NCBI GenBank assembly: GCA_964187785.1 | Contig: OZ076415.1 | Location: 46,376,001 to 46,440,000, forward strand | Source of the DNA: Amphiscolops sp. MND2022 | Taxonomy: Eukaryota | DNA length: 64,000 bases | Direction of reading: 5' to 3' | Part shown: one piece after another, positions 1 through 11,645 of the stretch | How positions within the stretch are numbered: position 1 is the stretch's first letter | Layout of the letters: every line of letters begins with the position of its first letter | Made by a program: the position numbers and the translations under genes | The notes under the pieces: generated by a model | Told to the model about the DNA's origin: nothing | Database searches by the model: none | The model's input: the letters and a program-made list of their open reading frames with translations, nothing else

Positions 1-139
1 TTGAAACAGCATATGACAGGTGCCGTCAAACGTAAAATTAGCGTCTGGAAGATGTTTTTGCTGAGTGCTTGGCGAAAACGTGCGATGACTACTAAGGGTG
101 CAGCTGCAACCGGAGCTACTGTTGGCGGAGCTGCTTCCG
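1..139 (+). CDS. Host gene paralog A, penultimate coding exon (runs off the window start)
   Basis: Frame 1 reads LKQHMTGAVKRKISVWKMFLLSAWRKRAMTTKGAAATGATVGGAAS, nearly identical to the end of ORF 39049-40143. Phase-1 donor G|GTACAA at 139/140 is at the same position as in paralog B. Confidence 0.75.
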
Positions 140-749
140 GTACAATTTTACATCTAGTTTGAATCACTTTAAGATCAAGATATTCATATCGTTCATTGTA
201 GGCAGCAATTTTTCATATTCAACAAAACAATTAGAACAAAAAATGAATAGCAAAAGTAACAGTGTCATTACGATACATATGCCGCAAAAGTGGAGTTTAT
301 CATCAAGTGTAAAGTGTATCTTCTGTGAAACGAGAACGAACCGTATTCTAGTCAAACAGTGCAATGTGTTCATCGTGAATTGTGATGCACTGTGTAATCA
401 GAAATTGCGGATTGTGGTCATTGAGCGTAATTAGAGAAAAGTGGAAACTGTGCAGAAAAGTGTGAACAAAAGGTCTTTTTGAGCATCGATACAACTGCAA
501 GATTTGAGCGTAAGTGAGAGCCATTCAATCAAAAAACACTATATTCCTTCCGCATTAAATAAAAGCCATGCTTTTACAAGAATTAAAATGTAACAAGAAA
601 ACGTACAACAAAATTGAAACGTAAAGATCATCAAACCTAATATAGATAGGTGACGAGTTTGTAGACGGCGCTTTTCCTAGGAAAAAAGATCCGACTATTA
701 CTGTGGCTAGTTTCTTTCCTCATCAGACCACAGAGCTCACCTTGTATAT

Positions 750-1350
750 ACCACTTTTTGGTACTGAGGTTAACCGGTTTAAGCGGAACACAGCGGTCGC
801 GGTTTGAGTCCCTGGCTAAACTGGGAACTTTTTCGTGCATTTGCAAAACCGGAAGGGACTGGAAGCCCTTACCCCTTCGATTGTTTTTTGGCGTTTTAAG
901 ACACTTTTCTCGAAAATGTTTTATTGTTGCCAAAACGTCCCAGTGGCCAAGCACACTATATCCTAATCATGCTTTTGCATAGACATTTTGTACAGAAATT
1001 TTTCTATGCGACTTTTTTCTAATTTAATTTTATTGAAGCGCCATCTCTATTTTTATTAGGAGCGAACGTTTGTCGAGCATAGAGGATTCCTTAGGGTTTT
1101 CGGCACTATGGAATTGTTGCCGGAGAAAAAAAATCTGATTTCTTGTTCGGAAAACAAGAAGTTTTCGATGTTTCCAGATGAAAGAAAATGTTTTTCGATG
1201 TGTATCCCTTCGAGTATGTTTGGCACTGTAAAAGTGAAATTACGTACGTTTGCCGATAGTATCTTTTGTATGTGTAAAAAAACTGTAATGTCGCAGTCTG
1301 CCTCCTGCGATATTTGTCTTTCTTACGGGTGAAGTCCGAGTGGTTCCCCA
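750..1350 (+). repeat. Degenerate SINE-like interspersed repeat in the host intron
   Basis: B-box-like GGTTTGAGTCC near 805, then body motifs (tttcggcact..., gtgtatccc...tttggcactgtaaaa) shared with copies near 31.8, 42.6, 47.0 and 48.9 kb. Boundaries approximate. Confidence 0.4.
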
Positions 1351-2078
1351 ATGATTAAACGTCGGTCCATTTCACTACAACAAACTAATATTACATGTTT
1401 CGAACACCTATGATATGATGTAGACACCTTATTTGAATGAATAATTTGCTATGAAATAGATCTTAAACGACAGTGCTGCTTCTGAAAGTGAACTTAACGT
1501 CATTTCGACTACACCTTGTAGACATTTGATGTAAACATTTGATCAATTATAGACAACAGTGCAGAATTGAAGTGTGTTCAACTGGTAAATTGCTTTAGTC
1601 CATTGGACGTGTAGTCCAAATGGGTTACCAAAATGCTTTCACTGCTGTAGTCGGACGGACTACAGGTCTGTTGTATCATTAGCATGTGCTACCAAACGCA
1701 CCTCTCACAGCATAATTTTCATTTCAGATGATAAACCATTGAGTTAAAAGGCAAGCCGCGTTTCACCCTTTCATGTATTTCTTTTGAAGTGATGAAATCG
1801 TGCTTTAAATTTCTGAAGCAGAAAATGAATTTATCCTGACGTCATTTTCATGGATATATTTCTAGCCTAATGACTGCCGTATTTTTGCTTATGAAGTTAT
1901 TTTCCCATATATATAACCGGACACCAGGACCGGTGGGATTCGTTTAATTGATAACCTTTACCGAATACACTCGCTTTAGCATGAAACTTGAATACTGTGA
2001 ATTTCGATTGTATTTATCATTACACTTTGGTCTCCTGTGTTCATTTTTCACTCTTGAAGGAAAACTGATTTTCGCTAA

Positions 2079-2603
2079 ATGCCTTCAACTGCAGATCAGA
2101 AAGCACGTTCTAGACAATCAGACTTGAGGCCATACTTAGATGAATTGGACATAATACTTCGAAATTTTCCTCAAAGTAGTCATGAAATTAACTCAGAATT
2201 GAGAGAACTAGATGTGGATGTAACGTCCAATGGGCTACACGAAGACGTAAACCAAATGGAGATCGAATTATACCTTCATGAAATTCAAATAATAGAGAAA
2301 ATAACGAAAGATCCAGAAGCGGACTTATTGTCTTATTGGCCTCATAAATGCAGAAATTCTGAGACAGAAGGATTCAGTTCTAATATTAACTTTATTAGTA
2401 CGGATAAAAAACAGGAACGTTGGAAAACTTTAGATTTTCAGATTGTAAAGGCAATAGACCCAGCATTTGAAGAAAAAATGATTTCGCAGACTCAAATTAG
2501 ACTGGGAACATTCAAAGAGGAATTAAATGCAAAATTTGACCTCGGGACTACACTGGAACGCCGAAGTAGAATTGAACCCCCAAAAGCTCCAAAGCCGGCT
2601 TAA
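2079..2603 (+). pseudogene. Orphan gag-leader ORF of a related Gypsy family (probable solo-LTR remnant)
   Basis: MPSTADQKARSRQSDLRPYLDELDIILRNF resembles MPSTRKQKAREKRSRQSDVLSDIENLDVMLGNY, the LTR-encoded gag start of the 8133-31766 element. The 3' end runs into a repeat ending at 2703. Confidence 0.6.
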
Positions 2604-2703
2604 AGGTCTTTTTAATCATTGTACCTCTCCGCTCTCCAGAGCTACGACATGTACTCTTTTGAACCTTGAGCGGGGCACCGACTTGGGCCTTTCCCGGCTT
2701 GTT
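2600..2703 (+). repeat. 3' end of CTTGTT-terminated repeat
   Basis: gcggggcaccgacttgggcctttcccggcttgtt matches the reverse complement of the repeat end at 63960-63995 and resembles 42870-42909 and 54873-54915. Confidence 0.7.
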
Positions 2704-2961
2704 GATTTTAATTCGCACGTTTGACTACGTTGTCGTAAATTTCGTGTATTGGTTCGTGCACTTCATATGATTTGAAACGGAACATCATATGGTTTCAAGC
2801 GTTTCCATGCATTGATCCATAGGCTTTTAAGTATATTACCGATGAGATGAATTGTCAACTTTTATTAAATTATTTTTGTATTGCAATTTCAGACTGAGTT
2901 TCATAAGAAATCAGATTCCTGGTAACCTCACAATTGATGAAATGTAAAATTATCTTTCCAG

Positions 2962-3185
2962 GGGCAGCCTTGTTAGCGGCAGGCGGAAGTATAACCTCAG
3001 CTGCGGCGTCACTGGAACTTCTCTGTGTGTCCTACCCTCTTCTTGCTTCTGCAGTTGCCGCGGTTGGAGGTCCAGCTGCTTTTCTGGCGATTGGAGCCGC
3101 CGGTTTAATCCTGATCAGCATTGCAATTGGTGGAGTTGCTGGCTTTGCTCTGTACCACATTGTGTCAAAAATCCATGAGGATTGA
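2962..3185 (+). CDS. Host gene paralog A, terminal exon (Gly/Ala-rich hydrophobic segment)
   Basis: Acceptor TTTCCAG|GG at 2961/2962 is phase-compatible with the donor at 139. Reads GAALLAAGGSITSAAASLELLCVSYPLL...SKIHED*. Homologous to 40717-40943. Predicted intron 140-2961 is enlarged by repeats relative to the 596-bp intron of paralog B. Confidence 0.75.
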
Positions 3186-3685
3186 GTGAAGGAGCGAAAG
3201 GTTCTTTTGAATTCTACACATTTTGTAGACTTTGTGAAAATGGAAAGTGTTTTTACTTTCGTTTGCAATGCATTAACATTCATCTTTTTTGAACGCTTCT
3301 CAAATTAATTATGTGTACTTCTATCTGTATTTTCCATGGTTCATGCGCTAATTTCATATTTGGACTTTTTCGAAAAGGGTTGTCTTCTCTTGCGTATGTT
3401 TTGACCAAATCAGTAACATAAACTTTTTGGAAAGAAGTCTGCTGATGCCTGTTTGAGATGCTTGAGGAAACAGAGAACTACAAACAATCGCTAGTCAATA
3501 TACTATAACAATGTTTTTGAAATTTGTCTTTCACGAGAAGGTAATCGAAATTTTGAATTCATGGTCAAAGATCCATTTCAAATAAGTGCATGTTTCTTAT
3601 TCTACCTATAGATACCGAAAGATGTTAACTTAACTTACCCTAATTAGTTTACTAATTAAGTTGAATTAATTAAAGTTAAATAGCT

Positions 3686-4392
3686 GTGGCGTCACTGGAT
3701 CTTCTCTGTGTGTCCTACCCTCTTCTTGCTTCTGCAGTTGCCGCGGTTGGAGGTTCAGCTGCTTTTCTGGCGATTGGAGCTGTCGGTTTAATCCTGATCA
3801 GCATTGTTATTGGCGGAGTTGCTGGCTTTGCTCTGTACCACTTCGTGTCAAAAATTCATGTTGATTGAGTCCGGGAGCGAAAGGATCTTTTGATTTCTGT
3901 CATTTTGTAATTTTGCTAAGATGAAAAAAGGAAAGTGCTTCTAATTTCGTTTACAAGGCATTAAATTTCAACATTTTGAACGCCTCTGATATGAATTACA
4001 TGTGTGTATGAATTATGTGTAGGTTTAATCTGTATGTTCCATGCTTCATGACGCTAGTTTCATATTTTGAATCTTTTGACTAGGATTTTATTCTCTTGCG
4101 ATTGTTTTGACCAAATCAATAACAAAAACTTTTTGGAAGAAAGTCTGCTGATGCCCGTTTGGGATGCTGGGCACCCAAAAACTACAAACAATCGCTGTTG
4201 GTGATAATGCTAATACGATGTTTTTGAAATTTGTCTTTCACGAGAAGTTAATCGAAATTTTGATTTCATGGTCAAAGATCCATTTCAAATAAGTGCATGT
4301 TTCTTATTCTACCTATAGATACCGAAAGAAGTTAACTTAACTTACCCTAATTAGTTTACTAATTAAGTTGAATTAATTAAAGTTAAATAGCT
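3686..4392 (+). repeat. ~707-bp local duplication carrying a 5'-truncated copy of the terminal exon (3686-3868) and its 3' flank
   Basis: Parallels ~2998-3685. Both units end in ...taaagttaaatagct. The exon fragment VASLDLLCVSYP...SKIHVD* has no splice acceptor. Confidence 0.85.
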
Positions 4393-5760
4393 TTCCAGAG
4401 GCAACAATTCTGACGATATCTTTATGAAAATCAAATTATTGATAGTTGTTGTGAATACTTCTCTGTCCATTCATGAAATAACTGAGCGCTGCTTATATCA
4501 CTTATGAGCTTTTATATTAGACAGAATTTGACTAAGCATTTCCAAGTGCTACCAATTTCTAGAAGCTGACTTTCTTTGCATACCGAGAGCTGCTTTTGAC
4601 ACATGTTTTTTAATCCTAGTTTAATTTCTATTTCACTTTATAATTGTAAATGCAATTGTTTCTGTGCAATATTGGGAGGGGGTATCTCAATTTTGACCAC
4701 ATACTGGGGTTTTGGGATAATGGAAACTATTCTAGGAAATTTATACTCAAAGTTTATTCCTGTAAAGTATTGTTTGAAACTACATAAAGAACCTGTTGCT
4801 TCAAGTTGAATCGATGTACTACTCGGGTCTCACTTTTAATCTCCAAATTTGATAAATGAGCCGTGAAAAACCGCTTGAGTTAACTTGCATTATCAAGAGA
4901 GATCATCCGCCTTAGTTGATTTGTCAAGAAAGACTGGCAGACGAAAACATCTTTTTCGTTTACTCCGATAAACTATGTTGAATTATGTTCTCAACAGGAC
5001 GTGATTCTCTGTTTGAAAACATTTTCATCAACGTCACCATCAATGGTATTGTATTGGCTTCAAAATTTCCACGGAATGGAAGTCTCTGAGCATGAATTGG
5101 CTAAAACCTTGAATTTGTTCCAGAACTTGGTTCACCTTGGTTATACGAGTTCAGCGAAATCTATTTGAGCATCAAATTTCAATGTCATAATTACAGTGTA
5201 ACTTTGAAAAACGCTCGTGATAAGCAAAAACCCAGATTCTACTAAGTTTCGAACTACGCCCCGGGTTCCATTTGGGCATTTTTTGAACGTTTATTTTCTG
5301 ACGTTTCGATATTGTTTTCCTTACATGAGGTCTGATGGATGAGGTCTGCATTCTTTCCAACGCTTTCAACATTATTATGAAATGCCGTTTTTTATTTGCG
5401 ATTGAATCAAATTTGACAAAATCACTCTGTTTTGATTCACTTTCAAATTCAGCAGACCTTGTTCTGTTGCGATGACCCTTGATTAGTCTGAGACATGCAA
5501 ATTGAATGTTTGGACATTTCTTCAATCACTCTCGTTTTCTAGTTGAAAAAGTTTTCATTTGACCAGTAGTCCTTGGGATAATGCTTTCGAAAGTTCAACT
5601 TAGAAATATCAACCAATTTCAAATCAGAAGTAACGTTGCTTTTCTGATCAAAAAACCGATTCTGAAATTGGGACAGAGTAGCCGTTTTTGCAAATGGGAC
5701 GAATCAGTCGATTTTGAAACGAGGCAATATATAGCTGCCCATCTAGGTACCGCGAAGTTC
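4393..5760. repeat. Paralogous downstream flank of the host gene array
   Basis: 4393-4950 resembles 41421-42150. 4680-5260 resembles 43200-43680. 5400-5745 resembles 45170-45450. Confidence 0.7.
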
Positions 5761-5775
5761 CGAGAGGAGGATTAG

Positions 5776-7100
5776 ACACAGGTCTTTGAAAGACATGCAT
5801 CGGCATGCCTGCAGGCTAAGGGCCAAAATGAGTTCTTGTTTGAACATGCCACCCCACATGAGATGCAAGGCGTCAAAAAACAGGTAATTATGATGTGGCC
5901 AAATGACATTGAGTACAGTGACGTCTTTTTGTCCCATCACATTGTATTCTAGCCCCAAAGTGTCGAATGGTTAATTGTTCATGACGAGGTCTTCCACAAG
6001 CTCGTCAGGGACTGTTAGTATGAGGCCTTAGAGTTTTGCTGTGCGCCTCAGTGGACAACGTGAGAAGGTGTTCTATTTATACCGGCAACTATGTCAGTAC
6101 CTGCTGAAATTGGAGGTGCGTCAGTCCTGATTTTCATCCGTCTGAAACCAAGTTCACCAAAATACTTGTGATCCATGAAGCTACAGTGTGCCCGAATTCC
6201 TCTCAAAGCTCAAGCTGGGCTCCAAGTTCCAACAGGCGGACGAAGTCAAAGCAGCAAGAGAGAAAAATGAAAAGAAGCACGGCGTAGAAATGTTCAGTGG
6301 AAAAGCCAAAGAGGATTTTGGGCGTCTTGGATGGATGAAGTAATGTGGTGTTCTTATTCAGCGAGACACAAAGTCACTACGTCTTCACCACTCATATCCT
6401 GAAAAGTTTGGGAGCCTTCCATTTTAGTATTCTTCTCTTTGATCCAATTGAACACACTACACAAAGTTATGGCCAGTAATTTACGATCTTCCTCATTAGG
6501 GGCTATTTCAATGAATCAATGAAACTGTTCCATTTCCTTGATAAGCTTTTCTCCTTCAAAGACGAGCTTCAACAGCGTTATTCGGGTATGTCGCAACCCA
6601 ATTTGTTCAACTCCGACACTGTGGAATTCCCCATGAGCCAGTCTTTGTTATGGTCCCGATATTCTTTATTTAGACTGTTCAAACTAAGTTGCTTGTGTAT
6701 TGATGAACCATTCCCTCATTATTCTGCTGTGACGTTCAGCACTAATAATTCTGATGATCCAACCAGTGCAGTCGTACCTCTCTTGCGTTCTCAGAAGGTT
6801 GAGAATATTAATCAAAGATGAGTCAGTCACTAAGTTCCATTCTTTCTTTTTTCATTGGAACCATACTTCGGTTCAACCAACCTATTGTCCTTCGCTGAGC
6901 GTCGTTTTCTTCGGGATAGCAGGCATCTTTGAACGATTGGACACTGTGGCTCCTGCCGACGAAACTTACAGTCCAGTGCTTTCTCCGATTTTTCAAGTTC
7001 CATAGATTTTCCAAACACGCTACTTATTCCGAGCTCAAAGAAACGACCTAGTCGGGTGCTGTTTGACTGAGAGTTCTCCCAGTCCGCCGAGAGCATTCAC
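5776..7100 (+). pseudogene. Decayed copy of the hAT-like cargo gene (3' part) belonging to the older Gypsy relative
   Basis: EFLFEHATPHEMQGVKKQ|PQSVEWLIVHDE versus SYLNTHAPTHEMIGVKKQ|PQKLERAVLHDD, with an intron at the same position (5884-5952). LFRLFKLSCLCIDE versus LLRIFRLSCLCLDE. PVQSYL versus PVQSFF. Confidence 0.8.
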
Positions 7101-7287
7101 GCCTGTAACAGTAACAGTAAAGTTTAATTGTACAAGATACACATTGTCTTTCCACCTGCTATGGTTTTATTGTTTTCAATTGTAGGATTTGTGTATTCCA
7201 TTTTATTTGGACGCAATTGTTCCTTCTTTTTATACGGGTGATCATTACATGCTTGCATGTGTAGTATGATCATTCGAGTTGAAGTGT

Positions 7288-7995
7288 TTAGTATCTGAAG
7301 TGTTCTAAGTAGTTAGGGCTTGGGTTAGGGCGTAAGCTGTACTTTCCTCCACTGGTACTTTCTTTATGCACAACAATTTCATCATTTTTATTGTCTGATA
7401 CATCAGGCACGATAGTGTCGCTGCCCTTCAAGGTTTTCGGTCGTCAAGGCGGGAATCCGTAAAGTCTGAGTTGGTTTTTCTTCTGGATCAAAACCAAACT
7501 TTGCTCGAGCCTTATAGACCACATCAGTAAATATTTGATCCTGCTGCACAGCATCATCAGTACTAGGTCTAGTATAATCAGCATCATCCGCGCGCGACAA
7601 AGTCCCTTGATTGAAATGGACTTTCGGGAATTCACCAAAATCGATCTCCCAAATAATAACATACAGGTCATCTTGTGGGATAACAATTTGATCGTCAGGT
7701 TGTACATTACTATCAGGACGGTCGTCTTAAAGAGTGGTTCTCGTATTCGCGTGAACGAAATCGGTGAAGGATTTGTGTATTGTTTGTAATCAGTTTTCGC
7801 ATTATTTAATTTCCATTCGCAATTCGTTTTCCACGATCTAAGGCCCCCTATACTTGAATTCGCGAAACGAAATTTTCGATCCCTAGGTTGCATTATGAAT
7901 CGGTTATCATTTAGTTTCAAAGGCGCAGGCGCGTCTTGGCTTTTCGGTCATAGTAATCTTATAATTTTAAAAAGGACTGCTTTGTATTTTTAGTC
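7288..7995 (-). pseudogene. pol: 3' end of pol (integrase C-terminal region) of the older Gypsy relative
   Basis: Frameshifted remnants DYYDRKAK and IVIPQDDLYVIIWE, plus a terminal SGGKYSLRPNPSPNYLEHFRY* (stop 7288-7290), homologous to 19761-20600. Confidence 0.85.
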
Positions 7996-8132
7996 GTCGC
8001 ATTTTCCTTTAAAGGACTACTTTAAAACCAGAAACTACTAAACTACTCAGGCCAAGACCGGCCAATGCAAAATTAGTGCCAAAGATCCCGCTTTCTTTTT
8101 TATTTTTTTTGAACGTAACCTACCAAACCCGA
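7996..8132 (+). repeat. Left part of the interspersed repeat that served as the insertion target of the giant element
   Basis: ...gtaacctaccaaacccga joins cgagaccaagggg... at 31772, restoring the motif aaacc(c)ggacgagact seen intact near 42615. Left boundary approximate. Confidence 0.55.
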
Positions 8133-9625
8133 TGTCGTAACCATCATCATCACTTTGTTCGAAGTCTACTAAATTGTCTCTACGGTGATAACTCTGGTTA
8201 CTGGAAGTTGCAATTAATTTGGGAAAGTTCTCCCCTAAGTCCTGGACCTGTTGGCAAAATTTAGTTTAATGCCGTCCATGTGACTCAAGGTCCGAATTTT
8301 GAGTCATTTGGATATTTTTATCCGGATGCCGTCCATCTGACCGAAGCTCCCATTTTGTATTTTTGGCCTCCCTATTGCTTGTAATCACATTTTCAATGCT
8401 CGGCAATACCTTTTCCTCGATTGCTGAGTTAATAACCTCCAAAATATGAGAATTTAAGTCTGATTTCATTTCCTCTATTTTCCTTGACATTTGTGATGAA
8501 ATTTCCGAGTTCATCATTCTACTAGTTTCTACAGTAATTTCACTGTTTTCACTCAAATTAGTGTTTAAGAGTGATCTATAGTTTCCCTCATTTTGGTCTA
8601 AATCCTGTTGCCGTCTTCTTGACTCAGGTTCAATTTCTATCTGATCAACGGCTTCTTGCTCTCTAATTTCACTATTGGTGTAATTCCCTAACATAACGTC
8701 TAAGTTTTCTATATCAGACAACACGTCTGATTGCCTTGAGCGCTTCTCTCTAGCTTTTTGCTTTCTTGTCGAAGGCATTTCAATGAGAGATTTTGAGGTT
8801 TCAACAATGAATTGAATAATGTGGTATCGTGAACAATATGGTTGTATTCGTATTTTTGAATGAATCATCATTACTGGAAATTTGCATATATATAGTAGCT
8901 ACAGCATGACACTCGATATTTAGGGTGTCATGTACCAAAAATAACCGTGATGTCATTGCTTAGAATAGCGCCGTCTTGAGTGTTACTAAAAATAGCAAAC
9001 AGGGTCAAATGAACCTTACGTCACTTGCTTTAAGATCTATAAATAGAAGCAACAATGAACAAAATATAATATTTACATGACAACAATAACATTTCATGCA
9101 ATTAGGACGATATTGAGCTAAATGGACCGATGGTCCAAGTGGCGGCAGTAAAAAACTAGTAACTGCGATTTGATTGGTTAATGCTGATTTGGACAACGCG
9201 TCAACTTGACGGCAGCGCTGTACCAGTTGAACGCGTTTCCTACTTTTTTGACAGTTTACATTAGCACTTGCTTAGAAATATTTCTAATTCAATAACAACG
9301 ACAAACAATTAGCTACACGTTAGTTTACTAGTACACAACAGGTGGAATATAATATAAATAGTACCATGTACTGTTAAATAAAAATATATGCACAAGTAAA
9401 CACTTGCCGTCAAGTTGACCTTAGGTCAACAATTGTAGTTAAAATGCTCATAAAGATCAGATTATGCATCATATCATTAAAATATCAAAATATATAACTA
9501 AATGAAATTGTTTCTGAGTTTTTTAAGTCCCTTTTATATGGGTAGTACTCCGGGTAAGGGCACTGTCATATCACTTTCTGGAGTGATCTGGTATGTCAGG
9601 CCGTCGCAGGCGGCCGCCTGCGACA
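8133..9625 (-). repeat. 3' LTR (1493 bp), includes a copy of the gag leader ORF (8266-8871)
   Basis: Direct repeat of 30347-31766. The + strand begins TGTCGTAACC and ends GCCTGCGACA. Confidence 0.92.
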
Positions 9626-10470
9626 CTCCCCTAGGTACCAGAATGAAGGACACAGCCTTCATTCCCGCTTCGAAAGCGTTGCGCTTGGCAAGTCTTGACT
9701 CGTATGACCCGCCCGGGAAGTATGTCTTTTCTAAATAGCCAAGGGTGATCTCTTCCTTAATCGCCGGGTAATCTTTTCCGCAGACAACACAACCTGTGTA
9801 ACAAACTTCGTTCGACTGTCCGCAGTTCCCGCTGATGCTGATGCCTAAACCATTGATGTGTGGATTGTCGGACCAGCTTGCTTCAAGCGGTATCCCTGCC
9901 CCTTGCCGGCTGTTGTAAGTTGGCCTTTGGTCAAGCAGGGTGGAGACAGCGGAGATTCAGGGACAGTATCCAATCTGCTGCATTGGGCTATAGGGTAGTC
10001 ACTAACAGATTGGCCATAGTATGAGGGTGGAGGATTCCCCACAAACCAATCAATGAGGGAGTTGGAAGGTTCTGAAAATGTACTCACTGAGTCGATGGGC
10101 TCACTCGGTGGGATATTGAGGTCATTCAGACATTCGGTCAATTCCGTTGTCATCGCTCTCCCCGCTACTAGTTGTGGTGGGAACGTGTCATTGTAATTGT
10201 AACAAGCCAAGACCTGAATCTCGTCGTCGTCGCTCACTACGTCTTTTGTATCGTCTGTTGAAGTCATGGAGTCAATGTCCATATCTTCGTCGGAAGATTG
10301 GTAGCTAAGATCGACCAACGATCTAGGTCGAAGCTCACAGTTGAATTGCAGAGCCATTTCAAAGTAATAACGTTCAAGAAGCAGTTTTTTCGCAATTGTG
10401 TCAAGCAAGGTATTAAGCAACTGAATTTAGAAAATTTGGAAGACATGATTTTCTGCCGTCTTCCTGACAT
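9534..10470 (-). CDS. Unknown cargo ORF (frameshifted), acidic/Ser-Pro-rich with a Cys cluster, extending into the 3' LTR
   Basis: ORF 9845-10420 continues after a frameshift as LGISISGNCGQSNEVCYTGCVVCGKDY...VPRGVSQAAACDG...LPGVLPI* (stop 9534-9536). A possible start MSGRRQK near 10470 would need a further frameshift. Confidence 0.5.
9626..9632 (-). promoter_or_regulatory. Polypurine tract
   Basis: Minus-strand AGGGGAG immediately before the TGTCG start of the 3' LTR. Confidence 0.75.
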
Positions 10471-10986
10471 CGGGTCTAACCCCAATTTTGGCGGGGGTTG
10501 GTCGCGGGGTTTTCTCCCGAATCATAGTTTCAACTTTTCCTTTTTAGGTTTCGATTAAGAGCAGAGTCTCAAATAATTTTCGAGCAATTATTCTGCGAAG
10601 CTTGGTAATAGCCCCCTCAAGTTGTTTTACTTCATTCTTCAAAGGCGCCACTTGACAGTTTAAGTGTTGTCTCTCTTAATTCTCCGTCAACAAATAACTT
10701 GAAAGACCGTTGGTCCTTCAGACGGCAGTAATGATGATAACCAATCAGATGACGCTGGATTGGTCGGTAAAATATGGCAAGTAATTTTATGAATGTGAAA
10801 TGAAATAAGTAATTTGATGTGTTTTTTAGGGGAAGGAAACGAAATGAAACAAAAAATAGGAAAGTCCATAAATATTTCACTGGCAAATTCCATACCATGT
10901 ACTTGGAATAAGGGAGCTTGAATAAAGCAAAAGGAGGAGATGGTAATATGAAAGAAAGTCTTACATGTAGCCACGACATCCAAATG

Positions 10987-11009
10987 ATAATAATAATAAT
11001 AATAATAAT
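10987..11009 (+). repeat. (AAT)n microsatellite
   Basis: About seven AAT units read directly. Confidence 0.9.
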
Positions 11010-11206
11010 GATAACGGGAGGCCCTTTGTAAGATTCTTGAAAACAATGAAACTGCCTTTGTCTAGGAATGAAACAATTTAGAGGCTGCATGTAGAAATCG
11101 ATATCCAAGAAGCCTAGAAAGTCATTATATTGTCTTCATTCAAGTCGCGATGCATAGCTATGAAGCGTAGCAACAACTTTGCTTTACCTCAAATGTTTCT
11201 ATTTCA

Positions 11207-11222
11207 GATTGGTATGACGTCA
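11207..11222. promoter_or_regulatory. Candidate internal promoter motifs (CCAAT box next to a CRE-like TGACGTCA)
   Basis: GATTGG at 11207-11212 and TGACGTCA at 11215-11222. A second CCAAT/TGACG/ATTGG cluster lies near 10741-10765, upstream of the minus-strand 3' ORF. Confidence 0.3.
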
Positions 11223-11645
11223 CACGCAGTGGCGTTTAATTACCTCAATTTGAGACAATAAGAGGCTGTATGTACAAAATTTATTATTACCAGAGAGCAC
11301 TGGTACCACGTGAAGAATTCAATGCTGTGGTATTTACTATTGGCTGAGCTTTTAGACGAGCTCAAGTTGAACTCTCGTGAACTTTTGTGAATGGATACGA
11401 GTTCACAAAGACTCAATAAAAGTACATATGATTGGACAACGAATTGAAACAACAAGAGCGTCTTTGCTTTGCAATATTAATAATAGGAGTGTTTATGTAA
11501 ATTGCATTATTATTAGAGGGTCTTTGTTGGCTTTTACTACTGTCAAAATTTAGACTTCAGTGACTGAAAAACGTACAGGGACGACATTGTATTACTTAAA
11601 CGTCCACGAACTAGCAAGCTAGTACAAAATCAAAACTAAATGAAA

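Noticed and set aside
5172-5775. Conserved minus-strand gene shared with 45174-45446
   Set aside because: The DNA is paralogous, but the open frames differ between copies and contain stops, so coding constraint is not evident.
7290-7345. Telomere-like GTTAGGG motifs
   Set aside because: They are the reverse complement of pol codons for RPNPSPN, not telomeric repeats.
9005-9196. 63-aa ORF repeated at 31219-31410
   Set aside because: Its apparent conservation only reflects LTR duplication; no protein-like features.
10632-11108. ORFs 10632-11108 and 10687-11046
   Set aside because: Biased F/I/L-rich translations spanning an AAT microsatellite; no independent support.
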